Shown one piece after another: positions 20,323 through 30,214 of a DNA stretch of 64,000 nucleotides; the stretch's first letter is position 1, and the number at the start of each line of letters is the position of its first letter. The notes beneath the pieces are model-generated. The model was not told where the DNA came from. It saw nothing but the letters and a program-made list of their open reading frames with translations, and did no database searches. Location of the stretch: contig CAWGBN010000008.1 of assembly GCA_963820825.1 (NCBI GenBank), forward strand, positions 352,001 to 416,000, in the 5' to 3' direction. The DNA is from Vulcanimicrobiota bacterium. GTDB lineage: Bacteria; Vulcanimicrobiota; Vulcanimicrobiia; Vulcanimicrobiales; Vulcanimicrobiaceae. The position numbers and the translations under genes are program-made.

Positions 20323-20964
20323 ATGGCCATACAGCCGGCACGGGTCCTTTTTATCGCCTCCTTCCCCCCACGGGAATGGGGCGTCGCGACCTTCACGCAG
20401 GACCTGGTGACGAACTATGCGGCCCTGAGCGGCGCTCGCGTCGACGTCATCCCGGTTTCGAACCCCGATTTCCGCGAGACGATCGCTTACCGGATCGTCG
20501 GTAATATCGCGGCAGCGCATCCGCAATCGTATTACGAAGCGGCCGCACGCGCGAATCGCGATCCGTACGAGGTCGTAAACATCCAGCACGAATACCGCTC
20601 CTTCGGGGGCGACACTGGCGAATGGTGCATCGGCTTCATGCGCGCACTCCGCAAGCCCGTCGTGCTCTCGCTCCACTCCGTCGTGCCGAATCCCAGCCCG
20701 AAGCATGCGACGATCGTGCGCGCCCTCTGCAACGCGGCCGCGAAAATCGTCGTGCTCGGCCGCGGCCCGCGCAAGCATTTGATCGCCAACTACGGCATCG
20801 ATCCGCTGAAGATCAAGGTAATTCTCGACGATCTTCCCGATATGCAAGCAGGCCTTCGCATCGCGCGGACGCACGCCGTCCTTTTTAAAGCCGTCCGCAG
20901 TTGGAACGTGGTACGCTCGCTCCCGCTCATGACGCCGGTCAGCCTCCCGACCTGCGCCGTCTAG
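20323..20964 (+). CDS. GT4-type glycosyltransferase N-terminal domain only
   Basis: SFPPREWGVATFT and NIQHEY..FGG motifs; no C-terminal Rossmann half. Confidence 0.65.
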   Translation: MAIQPARVLFIASFPPREWGVATFTQDLVTNYAALSGARVDVIPVSNPDFRETIAYRIVGNIAAAHPQSYYEAAARANRDPYEVVNIQHEYRSFGGDTGEWCIGFMRALRKPVVLSLHSVVPNPSPKHATIVRALCNAAAKIVVLGRGPRKHLIANYGIDPLKIKVILDDLPDMQAGLRIARTHAVLFKAVRSWNVVRSLPLMTPVSLPTCAV

Positions 20965-21063
20965 GGCGTAGAACAACCTCTTCGGGGGGCGAGACGAAGC
21001 AGCGGCGCGGTCGCCGTGACGCGCGATGGAACTCGTCCCGCGTCGCGCCGCTGCTTCGTTGAC

Positions 21064-22413
21064 TTACAACTGTCGGCGCTTGAGCAGACGCCGTGCCGGG
21101 ATGCCGTTGCGTCCAAAGGCGTCAATCCCGTGCGGTACCACCGGCATCGCATTGAGCTCGCGAGCAAGCGCGCCGGTGGCCGACGTCTTGCTGGTCAGAA
21201 CCCACGCCGCGTTATAGTTAAGCTGGTACCAAGGGCCGCCCCAGGCACCGAGGCTCTCCCACGCATTGCCATTTGAGTACATCGTATCCTGAAGCACCTC
21301 CACCATGCACACAGTGGTGTTGGTTGAATCGAGATAGTAGTCCATCGCGTTCGTCTCGTATATGCCCAAGATTGGGTCGAGATCCCAGTATGCTTCCTTC
21401 ACATCCGTGGCCTCTTCCCCGGAAAGCGTACCGCACGCCGACGGCATCGTCACCGTTCCGGCAACCGTATAATTGTCGACGTACGCGGGGTCGGGCAGCG
21501 CACCGCCTCCTGGATACCAGTCGGGCACCTGGGTCCTCCCGGTCGGGAAGGGCAATGGCGCCGTCCCCGAGGCCGTTACCGGGATATGCTCGTTTTTCAC
21601 CGCAGCGAACTTCCACGTTTCGGGGTTGACCCCGAGCCCCGGTAGGGAAAGCACGTACGTCGCCGGCTTGCCGAACGCGAAGTCGTACTGCTCGGCGTAG
21701 CCGCCATAGCTGCCGTAGTTCGCGAGCTGGTCCTGGCCAATGTACGAGCCGTCCGCGCCGTTGGTGCTACTGCCGTTGGCGCTGTATCCACCCGATCCGG
21801 TCTGCTTCTCAGAGTAGCTGGCGATACTTGCGGCCGCGCCACTCCAGGAGGAACCACTCGTCGCCGGATAGACGAATGCCGTCGCCCCTTGCGGATAAGT
21901 GGTCAAAGCGCTGTACTTAAACGTGCCGCTGGTTTCGGCAATCTTGGAAGAATAGTCAACCTGCGTGATAGACGACCCCGATGCGACGAAACCAAAGAGG
22001 GTCGATTGTTTCGACTTTCCTCCGGTCGATGTCGTATCTTTGGTTATCTCGGTATATATGCCGGTCTTCTTGTCGACGGAGAACTTGTAGATGAAAGTGC
22101 CGGTGGCGGTATTCGTTGGCCCCGGGCTCGGCGCGGCTGTCGGCCCGGACCATCTCGTAACGTTGTCGCTGCGATTCCATGCGTAAGTCAGGGTCTCGCC
22201 AGGGTTAAACGGGGGTGTCGCTTCGGTGTACGGCCCGGGCGGCCGAAGCAGCAGCCCTGAAGCCGTCTCGCGCACGGCCGCGGTCGAGTGCCCGGCATTG
22301 GGGAGTGCACTGGAACCCGAAGGCTGCATTCCAAGGCTCGAGCACGCCGCCACCCCGACGGCGCACATTCCTAGAAACAACGAACCAAGTCTTGGCCAAA
22401 GGCAACGATTCAT
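21064..22413 (-). CDS. Hypothetical Thr/Ser/Tyr-rich lipoprotein
   Basis: VAAC lipobox; 449 aa; no recognised domain. Confidence 0.7.
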   Translation of the reverse strand: MNRCLWPRLGSLFLGMCAVGVAACSSLGMQPSGSSALPNAGHSTAAVRETASGLLLRPPGPYTEATPPFNPGETLTYAWNRSDNVTRWSGPTAAPSPGPTNTATGTFIYKFSVDKKTGIYTEITKDTTSTGGKSKQSTLFGFVASGSSITQVDYSSKIAETSGTFKYSALTTYPQGATAFVYPATSGSSWSGAAASIASYSEKQTGSGGYSANGSSTNGADGSYIGQDQLANYGSYGGYAEQYDFAFGKPATYVLSLPGLGVNPETWKFAAVKNEHIPVTASGTAPLPFPTGRTQVPDWYPGGGALPDPAYVDNYTVAGTVTMPSACGTLSGEEATDVKEAYWDLDPILGIYETNAMDYYLDSTNTTVCMVEVLQDTMYSNGNAWESLGAWGGPWYQLNYNAAWVLTSKTSATGALARELNAMPVVPHGIDAFGRNGIPARRLLKRRQL

Positions 22414-22519
22414 CCGAGAGCTCCTTTCAATCCAACAGCGGCGAGGCCTGAAGGGCGAGGGATTCTAGCATCAAGCGGGCCCATTAGACCTAAGATGCGC
22501 CTACCTGCTGCCCTTGTAA

Positions 22520-22760
22520 CATGTATCCATGATGGCGCTGCGGCGCGATTAGCGGAACGGACACTTGGACAACCGACTTGGACAAGTGCGACCGATGCCG
22601 CCGAGGGCGTCAAGGCGCGGAGTCTCGGACAAGGCTTTAGAAGAAGCCTGTGCGTCGGCCCACGGCTCCGCGGGCACCTTGCCGCTCGGCGGACCGTCGT
22701 CTTACCGCGCCCCTTGCCGCAACCGGTATTGAATCCATGCTACTACACTTCTGCCCGCTG
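22520..22760 (-). promoter_or_regulatory. Conserved upstream element, copy A
   Basis: Core GGAACGGACACTTGGACAACCGACTTGGACAAGTG (22554-22588); extended similarity to 59103-59378 and 62189-62360. Confidence 0.7.
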
Positions 22761-22840
22761 ATGCTAAGCCGTGTGCGGGCACTCCGTTGACGACGTCGTC
22801 GCGAACCAATGCCTGATGGACACGATGGGCTTCGCCGAGG

Positions 22841-22871
22841 GATAATACATAAGGGCCTTCAAACGTCCGGT
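22841..22871. repeat. 31-bp direct repeat R1
   Basis: GATAATACATAAGGGCCTTCAAACGTCCGGT. Confidence 0.95.
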
Positions 22872-22890
22872 GCTGCCGACCCCAGCGCAT

Positions 22891-23887
22891 TCACGCCTCC
22901 GAGGATTGCTCGCTCTCGCCTGACTGATCGACCCGCAGGATGGCCTCCGCGATCTCCGCGTCTAGTCCGGGCTCGCTGGCTTTGCGAAGCTCAATAAGCC
23001 GGTCAGCCGCCCAAGTGGCCACTTTATCAATCTGGCTCGCAAGGGACGCTCGCTCGACGTTTTGAATGACGCGGATCGCCTGTCGGCGCCTGCCTTCTTG
23101 GAAGTCCCATGCGATGACACCGTTGACCCCTTCCTGGATCGAGTTCGAGCGCGCTCTAAGCAGTTCAAAAAGCCGCGCGTTAACGCCCGAGTCGGCGTGA
23201 TACAAAAAGACGTCCGAGCGTAGCTGATTCCGTCCAAAATTGACTGAGTACGCTATCGCTCCTTGGTGGGTTCGCTCCAGTACGTAGTCGGTATAGCGAC
23301 TCAAGGGCTCCAGCAATCGAGCGAATGCGCCACTGGCAACGGCGATCTCATGGATGCTGTCAAAAACCGCATTGAGTTGCTCTTGATCGGGCGCAACTTC
23401 GGTGCTCCTGGCTATCTGCGAAGTGCTTTTTTGCCACTGGTTCGGCAAGACCACAGTTCGGAAGTTGACCGCCGGCTTGGAGTCGTCGCAGCACTTCGAC
23501 TTGGATTCCAAAGAAATGCCTTGTGGCGATCGTGTTTACGTTAAGCCAGTCCAACGCCGCGCGATGCTCCTCCCGAAAAGTTGGGCTAATCCAGACGATG
23601 TGCCTTGCGTCTAATCCGGATGCATACGTCAGGATTTGGCCGAGGTGACGATGGTCGGTCGGTTCGATCTGGTTCTCGATGATGACTAGATCGTCCGTGC
23701 CAACGACGCGTGCGAGGATGTCTAATGAGAACGAGCCGACTTCGGCCTCACGTTTTAACAACTCTAGTTCGAGGCCTAGCATATCGCCGAGACGGTCAAG
23801 ATTGTCGGCAACCCACTTCGAGAAATGCACAGGTTCCGTAGGGAAGGTCTCACGAGGATTCAAGAAACGAAGCGTCCCGAGATCCAT
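22891..23887 (-). CDS. DUF4268-associated PD-(D/E)xK nuclease-like protein, frameshift near 23495
   Basis: FSKWVADNLDRLG, VGSFSLDILA, IIENQ..TDHRHLGQILTYASG; continues in ORF 22891..23511. Confidence 0.75.
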
Positions 23888-23951
23888 ATTAGCCTGTTCT
23901 CCTGAGATTGATATCGCTTAGCAGCTAAGAGCCTTCGGCGCGAGCGGCGCT

Positions 23952-23982
23952 GATATTACATAAGGGCCTTCAAACGTCCGGT
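23952..23982. repeat. 31-bp direct repeat R2
   Basis: GATATTACATAAGGGCCTTCAAACGTCCGGT. Confidence 0.95.
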
Positions 23983-24021
23983 TTGCGTTCGGCAGATCGC
24001 GACGCGGGCACATTGCCAGTC

Positions 24022-25044
24022 CTATAAAGCCAAGGTAATTACAACGGCAGAAATTCTTATGAGCGCGCGCTTCGTGAAGGAGTGAATCGTGTTGATGGGA
24101 GCCACGTTACCATTGGAGCCGGCGGCATAAACGTTTATTCCGGCTGCGCGCCCGTTTGCTTCGTAGATGTTGTCGGAGCTGTCCAGAGCGATGCCAATTG
24201 GACGTCGCATCGTTGTCAGGTGTCCATGGATCTTGCGGATGGGTGCTTCGTTGCCATCGGCTCCCGCGGGGTACACCGTAGAGATAGGCTGGATTGGAGT
24301 TAAAGTCTGCCACGTATATGTTCCCGCTGGAATCGAACGCGAGCTCCGTAGGATGAACCAATTTCGTACGGCTGCCAGCGATCGTTCGCATGGGCGTAAC
24401 GTTAGCCGTGCTGCCAGCGGCGTAGACGGTGATAGACGCCCCCGGCGTTTGCAACGTAAATGTTTCCACTTGTGTCCAGCGTGATCCCAGCCGGGAAAGA
24501 CAGTCCGGTACTTGGGCCGCTGATTACTCCGAGGGGAGCGACGTTTCCACTTGCGCTCGCTGCGTAGATCGTGATGCTGTTGTTTTCCAGAGTTTGCAAC
24601 GTAGAACTCTTCATTGTATTGGTCGAAGGCAATGCCGAAAGGGCTGTTCAATCCCGTTGCTGGGCCTCTTATCTTCTGTATTGGCGCGACATTCCCCATC
24701 GCGCCAGCGGCGTAGACGGTAACGGAGTCCCCACCGCCCTGGTTTGTAACATACAGGTTGCCGCTTCCATCTTCCGCGACGTCCCTCGGCGCAGCAAGCC
24801 TGGTGTTTGAGCCGCTTATCTCTCGTATCTGCGCCCAGTTGCCGCTGGTGCCTTCGCGCCCAAAGACCGCCAACGTCCTGCTCCATAAGGTATATAGGCA
24901 GGGGCACGAACTCGTGCTCCGTTTGATAGTTCCTGATTGGTTTTGCTGAGCGGCGTTCGCGCTTGAAAAGAGGGTATTTCCCCCGCAGCTTGTAAGTAAC
25001 AAAATCGCCATCGATGGGGCAACGATGTACGTTGCGGTTGACAT
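24022..25044 (-). CDS. NHL-repeat lipoprotein with internal frameshifts
   Basis: LTSC lipobox; repeated D..GNIYVAN...ITVYAAG..GNVAP units spread over three frames. Confidence 0.75.
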   Translation of the reverse strand: MSTATYIVAPSMAILLLTSCGGNTLFSSANAAQQNQSGTIKRSTSSCPCLYTLWSRTLAVFGREGTSGNWAQIREISGSNTRLAAPRDVAEDGSGNLYVTNQGGGDSVTVYAAGAMGNVAPIQKIRGPATGLNSPFGIAFDQYNEEFYVANSGKQQHHDLRSERKWKRRSPRSNQRPKYRTVFPGWDHAGHKWKHLRCKRRGRLSPSTPLAARLTLRPCERSLAAVRNWFILRSSRSIPAGTYTWQTLTPIQPISTVYPAGADGNEAPIRKIHGHLTTMRRPIGIALDSSDNIYEANGRAAGINVYAAGSNGNVAPINTIHSFTKRALIRISAVVITLAL

Positions 25045-25167
25045 GCGCACAATCACGCTCCTTTTTCTGCAACTTGCAATGCGCGGCAAGGTCCTAAGCT
25101 ACTTATCTAATGATCCCTGCCGCCCTCCTGGTGAATCAAAGGACAAGGCGGTCGGACCGCGGTTGCC

Positions 25168-25198
25168 GATACTACATAAGGGCCTTCAAACGTCCTGT
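25168..25198. repeat. 31-bp direct repeat R3
   Basis: GATACTACATAAGGGCCTTCAAACGTCCTGT. Confidence 0.95.
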
Positions 25199-25210
25199 TA
25201 GCCTGCGTCC

Positions 25211-27208
25211 TCATCCGTTGCTTACTGCATGCGTCATCGCTGGCACCCATGCAAACGAGAAGAGGTCGCGCATCCCATCTGCATCGATTCCGTTCGGTCC
25301 CACCCCGAACGCGTCGAAGAGTCTGCCGTACTTGCGGGTAAGCGCATAAACCAGGTTTACGTTCTCCTCAATCTGCTGCTCCGGCAGTTCCGGGTATTCG
25401 TCCGTCCGATTGCGGTGCGCCACATATTGGTTGGTGATGGTTACCAGCGCACGGCAAGCCTTCTTGAGCGCCTTTATGTCAGCCGCAATCTTCTCCGAGC
25501 TCATGTGAGTACCTGAGGCATCGGCAATGGCGGCAAAAGCTGCGGCGGCTTCGCCTTCGTATCGCTCTTGCCATTCGCGCCGAACCGACAGCGCTCTGGT
25601 CTTGAGCGTCTCGACGCACTTCTCAAGGCCGTAGGCCGTCGGATTGAGTTTTAGCTCTGTTAGGAAGTTTAGGAGGGAGACGCTGCGAACATCTGAGTCG
25701 ATCTGGCGGCGTACAGCCACCATGACGGATTCGACGACGGCTCTAGCGATGAACAAGAACATGTAGATGCTCGCAGGATGCTCGACGACGCGCGCATTCG
25801 ACATGCCAGCCGCGTGAATGACCTTGAAGTGTTGCCATACCGTCCAAGCATTGTTGATTTCAATGCCGATGGTTTCGATGTCAGCCTTCCATCTCGCGAT
25901 AAGGGCTTCGTCTGTGGGGATGCGACGGCGTTCCCATGGCTTGATCGCAACGAGTGTGCGGCGGAAGAACTCAAGGAAGCGCTCCAGGTCTGCGTGTGGA
26001 TCGGGATTGTAGAATGTGCCCGAGCCATCTTCGTGTTGCACTAAGACGACGTGCTTCATCGGTGAGCCGAGCAGAGCGAGCTTCGCCTTGTAACGAGCCA
26101 TAGCGATGACGTAATCACGCATCTCGCCTGTGAAGTAGTCCGCATCAGTGAAGTAGCCGAGCTCGACGGCTTTCGCGTCGATCTCTTCGTCGCTAAAATC
26201 GTTATCGTCGGCGTAGACTACCTGCTGGGTCAACAGCTCACGGTGAACCGAAGTGTGCCGCATATCGCGCAATAGCCCATAACTATCCCAGAACGCGTCC
26301 TCTTTGAACAGCGCATAAACCTCCGGTGCGCTCTGCTTGATAGCGCGTTGAAACGATGACTTGAGAGCGCCTATTTGAGAATCTGGAGTTGGCAAGTTGT
26401 ATGCTCTTACGATCAACGTCGCGGTTTGATCGAACGCGGTGTAAAGATTCACGTAGAACTGATTTAGATAGGCAGTGTATTCGAAACGGAAATCCTGACG
26501 CTCGAACCCTGCTCGGTGCGCCCAGCGATCCTGCTGACGGTAGAATGCCATCCGGTCGCGACTAAAGCAGAGCGTCTGGAGAGTCAGTACGAGCAGGCGC
26601 ATCGCTTCCGCGGTTTCCGACGACACCTTCTTCGACTGCTCCCACTCGTGGAGAATGTCCGTGAAAATGCTGTGCTCGCTCATTGCGTAGAACTGCATCC
26701 ATGGTTGAAACTTCGCCGCCCCTTCGAACGACCACGGAGCGTTAAAACCCTTGGCATGCAATTCCGCTTGTCGCAGAACTCCGGCTATCGTGCTCGTCAC
26801 CAGCGCCGAATCGTCGGTGATGGCTGGATGCAGCTGCTTTTCGTCGCCCGACAGAACAACGTCGCAGTCGTAGCGTCTCGCGATTCGTGCAACCTCGTCG
26901 GCGTCGGACTCATCGAAAGCCGCAATCTTACTAAACTCGACGGTGAGCGATTCGAGCGTGGCAATCGCAGTAGCCGCCTGCGCGGGAACGAACAACGTGA
27001 CCTTCAGATCATCGAAGCCGAGGTCCGCGAAATACCAGTTCAGCAGTTGGATGCGCGCGAGCCGTTCGCTGTTTGCGGCGTCCAGGGTCTGGTCGGCGAC
27101 GAGCACGTCCAATCCCCTCTTCCAGAGACCCGTGCTCGTTATCGTAGCCGTGCCGTAATCGTAGAGGAACCGTAGGGCGAGATTCCGTGGAATCATTTGA
27201 ACCACCAT
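25211..27208 (-). CDS. Multidomain protein with two putative HEPN-like domains (possible defence gene)
   Basis: Intact 665-aa ORF; RHTSVH (R-x4-H) in a helical domain; C-terminal AbiU2-like region (VRRQIDSD..SVSL..FL, NQYVAH). Confidence 0.5.
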   Translation of the reverse strand: MVVQMIPRNLALRFLYDYGTATITSTGLWKRGLDVLVADQTLDAANSERLARIQLLNWYFADLGFDDLKVTLFVPAQAATAIATLESLTVEFSKIAAFDESDADEVARIARRYDCDVVLSGDEKQLHPAITDDSALVTSTIAGVLRQAELHAKGFNAPWSFEGAAKFQPWMQFYAMSEHSIFTDILHEWEQSKKVSSETAEAMRLLVLTLQTLCFSRDRMAFYRQQDRWAHRAGFERQDFRFEYTAYLNQFYVNLYTAFDQTATLIVRAYNLPTPDSQIGALKSSFQRAIKQSAPEVYALFKEDAFWDSYGLLRDMRHTSVHRELLTQQVVYADDNDFSDEEIDAKAVELGYFTDADYFTGEMRDYVIAMARYKAKLALLGSPMKHVVLVQHEDGSGTFYNPDPHADLERFLEFFRRTLVAIKPWERRRIPTDEALIARWKADIETIGIEINNAWTVWQHFKVIHAAGMSNARVVEHPASIYMFLFIARAVVESVMVAVRRQIDSDVRSVSLLNFLTELKLNPTAYGLEKCVETLKTRALSVRREWQERYEGEAAAAFAAIADASGTHMSSEKIAADIKALKKACRALVTITNQYVAHRNRTDEYPELPEQQIEENVNLVYALTRKYGRLFDAFGVGPNGIDADGMRDLFSFAWVPAMTHAVSNG

Positions 27209-27278
27209 GTTCTACAGCGCAGCGCGTCGCCGTCCGCCCTAGACCGTTTCAGCCCAGGAGAGTAGAGTATCACGTTCG

Positions 27279-28625
27279 TCAAGGCCTCTGGTTTCGTTCA
27301 GGGCTGTTGCTTGCGCGGCCGGTGACTCGGCGCCGGTTATTCTCGGCGAGCACGGCGCCTCGTTTCTTCGCCGCCTCGCCTCCGTGCCCGGGATTAAGAC
27401 CGGCCGCACGCATCTCAGCAAGCCGCGCCTGCGCCTTCTCGATCGGCTTCGCTACCTCGACGCTATAGCGCAGATAGCAATGGCGCCCGCAGAACTTCAG
27501 TCCTTTCCGCGGTAGCGGCTCCTTGCAGTAGCCGCAGGTGGACTCGATCCCACGCCGCGCGCCGCTGCTCGATCGGCTTCGGCGCTTCGCGAACCAGCCG
27601 CCGCGGCACGGCGATCCGGCGCAACTGCTTGGCGTAGTCGTTCGCGAGCTCCAGCGCCGCCTTGCGGAAACGGGGCATCAGCGCCGAGGCGAGGAGTCCC
27701 GTCAGATCGGGATCGAGCCGTACAACCCCATCGCGCAGCTCATGGAACATCGCCGGGTGCAGCTTCTCTTTGTGGAGCAGCTCCAGCGCCCACACGTCGG
27801 CCTTCGCTCGCAGCGGTTCGAGCAGATCGTAGATGAACGATTCGCGCAGCCGATCGTCGGTGTGGAGCAGCCCAAGGTCGGGGTCGAGCCCGACCGCCTC
27901 GCAGGCGATCCGCGTCTCCACTTCGAGCAGCGTATAGCAGTAGTTCAGGATCGCGTTGAACGGATCGGTCGCATCGCGTACCCGTTCGCGTCTCCCGTTT
28001 GTCCGCGGACGAGATCGCCGCCCAGTGCGCCGGTATCCGCTTGAGTGCCCACGGTCGCCACGGCAGCGGCGTCTCGACTAGGAGATTCCAGTAGACTTGT
28101 GCGGCACGTCCCTCCAGCGCGAGGAAGTCCACAAGCGTCGTCGTTTCCATCAGCGACGCTTTGCATGCGTGGATTTCCGAGGTTGCCGTGGACTTCCCGG
28201 AGACGTTCACGATTCCGAGTCTCGGAAAGTCTCGTTCGATCGCGGAAATCTGCGAGTCCAGTTTCTTTTCCAAGGAGGTACCGCGCCAAGTTCACCGCGT
28301 CGTCCGTCACCGCGGAGACCGCCTGTGCCCGCTTCACCGGTCCGTCGTGCGGCGCGTCGGGAACCATGCAGTTCAGCAAGGTACTGTCGGACGCCACGAA
28401 CGAGACGGCGATCCCCATGCGGGCACACCAGTCGATCGCCTCCATCGAGACGGTCCCGCCCGGCGCGCGAATGACGATCCGTTCGATCGAGCACCGTCCG
28501 CGCGGGAAGCGGATTTCCCGGGTCTTTCCTTCGCTTGCGAAACCGTCGCGCGTGACGAGGTGGCCTCGCTCGACAAATAGTTGCGCGTTGTAGCCTTCGA
28601 TGGTGAGAACGCGATCATTGTGCAT
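27279..28625 (-). CDS. cas1: Solo Cas1 (casposase-like) with C-terminal Zn-finger extension; about 3 frameshifts
   Basis: Joined frames give LALEGRAAQVYW, DATDPFNAILNYCYTLLE, GLDPDLGLLHTD...SFIYDLLEPLR (catalytic E/H/D-E), then CGYC..FCGRHC..GHGGEAAKKRG; TGA at 27279-27281. No cas2 or other cas genes. Confidence 0.9.
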
Positions 28626-29616
28626 GGTCTACTCCAATGACTTTTGGAACGAGTTTGTAGGTTGTTGCAAACGAGTCGATTGCGGTATCGATCCCCTGTG
28701 TGTCACCAGCGAGGTAAGCCGCCATATTCGCTATGCCCCTCTCGTCGTGACTGACGTCGAATGCACCAGCATAGGCGAGGCTGCGAAGCGCAGCATCCGT
28801 CGCCTCGAACTCCGATGCATCTTCGACGATCGGGTAGCTGGGCACCGGACGAATCGGCACGCGCACGCCGGCCGCTTCCAAACGCCCAATGAGCAGCGCC
28901 TGCATCTGCATCGTCTGAACCGCAGCGCGAACCTCCGGCTCGGGGGCATCTCCACTCGTAACGATCTGAAAATGGCTGTGCCGGCCCTGACGAAGCCAAG
29001 GCGTGATTTGGTCTAGTAGAAGCATTGCTTTGGGTGCAAACTCGATCGCTGCGCTCTCATCAACGCGCATCATTGTAAGTAATCGAATAACGTCGCGCTC
29101 GAAGAAAGCGCCCTCGTTGTAGGCTACGGGAAGCAGCATGCGGGCGGCATGCTCGGTAAGGTCTCGCGCTAGTTGGTAGGCGGGGTCAGCTTTGATCTTT
29201 CGCTTCGGCACGAACTCATTCGCCAGCTGTCGCGCAAGATGCGGGATGCGCCGCGGATGAAAGCCGATGCCGCTCCAGCTGTTCGCGCGATGGAGCTCCC
29301 GATCGACCTTCGCCAACGCCGCGGAAATTCGATCGCGGGCGCCGCGATGCACCCGGTCCCATGGAATGGTGTGGTAGTTGCGATAGGCCAGTTCGAGACA
29401 GAGGCCATCATGATCGCGGGCAAGCTGCATAGTGCCCTCGATCGACAATATGTATCGCAGATCGATCAGCGCGGCATCGGAGATCCGGTATTGGCGTCCG
29501 CAGCGCGTCGAGCGTACGCCAAAAATGCGTAGCCGGTGCAACTTGTCCGACCCGATCCTAAAGCCCTCAGCCCGCAGCTGGTCGAGGGCCTCGCTCAAAA
29601 GCGGTCCGTCAACCAC
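28615..29616 (-). CDS. Hypothetical protein with possible N-terminal HTH; overlaps cas1 start
   Basis: Intact 333-aa ORF with an 11-nt overlap with the cas1 start. Confidence 0.65.
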   Translation of the reverse strand: MVDGPLLSEALDQLRAEGFRIGSDKLHRLRIFGVRSTRCGRQYRISDAALIDLRYILSIEGTMQLARDHDGLCLELAYRNYHTIPWDRVHRGARDRISAALAKVDRELHRANSWSGIGFHPRRIPHLARQLANEFVPKRKIKADPAYQLARDLTEHAARMLLPVAYNEGAFFERDVIRLLTMMRVDESAAIEFAPKAMLLLDQITPWLRQGRHSHFQIVTSGDAPEPEVRAAVQTMQMQALLIGRLEAAGVRVPIRPVPSYPIVEDASEFEATDAALRSLAYAGAFDVSHDERGIANMAAYLAGDTQGIDTAIDSFATTYKLVPKVIGVDHAQ

Positions 29617-29716
29617 CTAGAGGGTATTCGGCGCGGCAGCTTTTGGCTCCGCGTGAAGTTGTCAGTTCCGCGCCTTTTCTGGCGGCGTAGCAGGCGTCAG
29701 AAAGGAGGCCTGAGTC

Positions 29717-30214
29717 ATGGCCAAATCACGGGTGTTCCTGGGCATCGACCAACTGTTCTACCACCAGGACGCGTATCGACGCGCCCTCGATGCGATCGGC
29801 TTCAAGCGCCGACATCCCAAAATGTCGTTCACGAAAGCTGCGAAGCTGAGCGGCACCACGATCAAGACGGTTCGCAAGTACGCCGGATCGGCAATGGAGG
29901 TCCGATCCGGACGGATCGACGTAACGCGAACAGATGCGCTCAAGCGCCGGATGCGCATGCTCACGCCCCAGGGTGAGATCGCGGTCCCGACGACGAGCTC
30001 GCAGACTGCCTCGCGGATCAGCCGGTACAACAACGCGGTGCGCGAGTTTTACGCCACCGGCAAGACGGCGGCGCTCAAGCCATTCGTTGGTAAGTCAGTG
30101 CGTTCGGGTGGAAAGCGGTACGAGTTCGTCACGAATCCCGCCACGCTCAACCGGCTTGGCCGCGCTGGCAGCGTACACTTCTCGGAGATCTATGCTCCTG
30201 AGTCCGAATCATGA
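29717..30214 (+). CDS. Basic hypothetical protein with HTH-like segment
   Basis: AAAGGAGG Shine-Dalgarno; SFTKAAKLSGTTIKTVRKY; ATGA overlap with the next gene. Confidence 0.7.
   Translation: MAKSRVFLGIDQLFYHQDAYRRALDAIGFKRRHPKMSFTKAAKLSGTTIKTVRKYAGSAMEVRSGRIDVTRTDALKRRMRMLTPQGEIAVPTTSSQTASRISRYNNAVREFYATGKTAALKPFVGKSVRSGGKRYEFVTNPATLNRLGRAGSVHFSEIYAPESES

Noticed and set aside
22841..25198. Canonical CRISPR array
   Set aside because: Spacers exceed 1 kb and are genes; no cas2, cas6 or effector genes; no 30-40 bp spacer periodicity seen anywhere.
22841..25198. Integron attC sites
   Set aside because: The repeat lacks RYYYAAC...GTTRRRY ends and a long imperfect palindrome; no intI seen.
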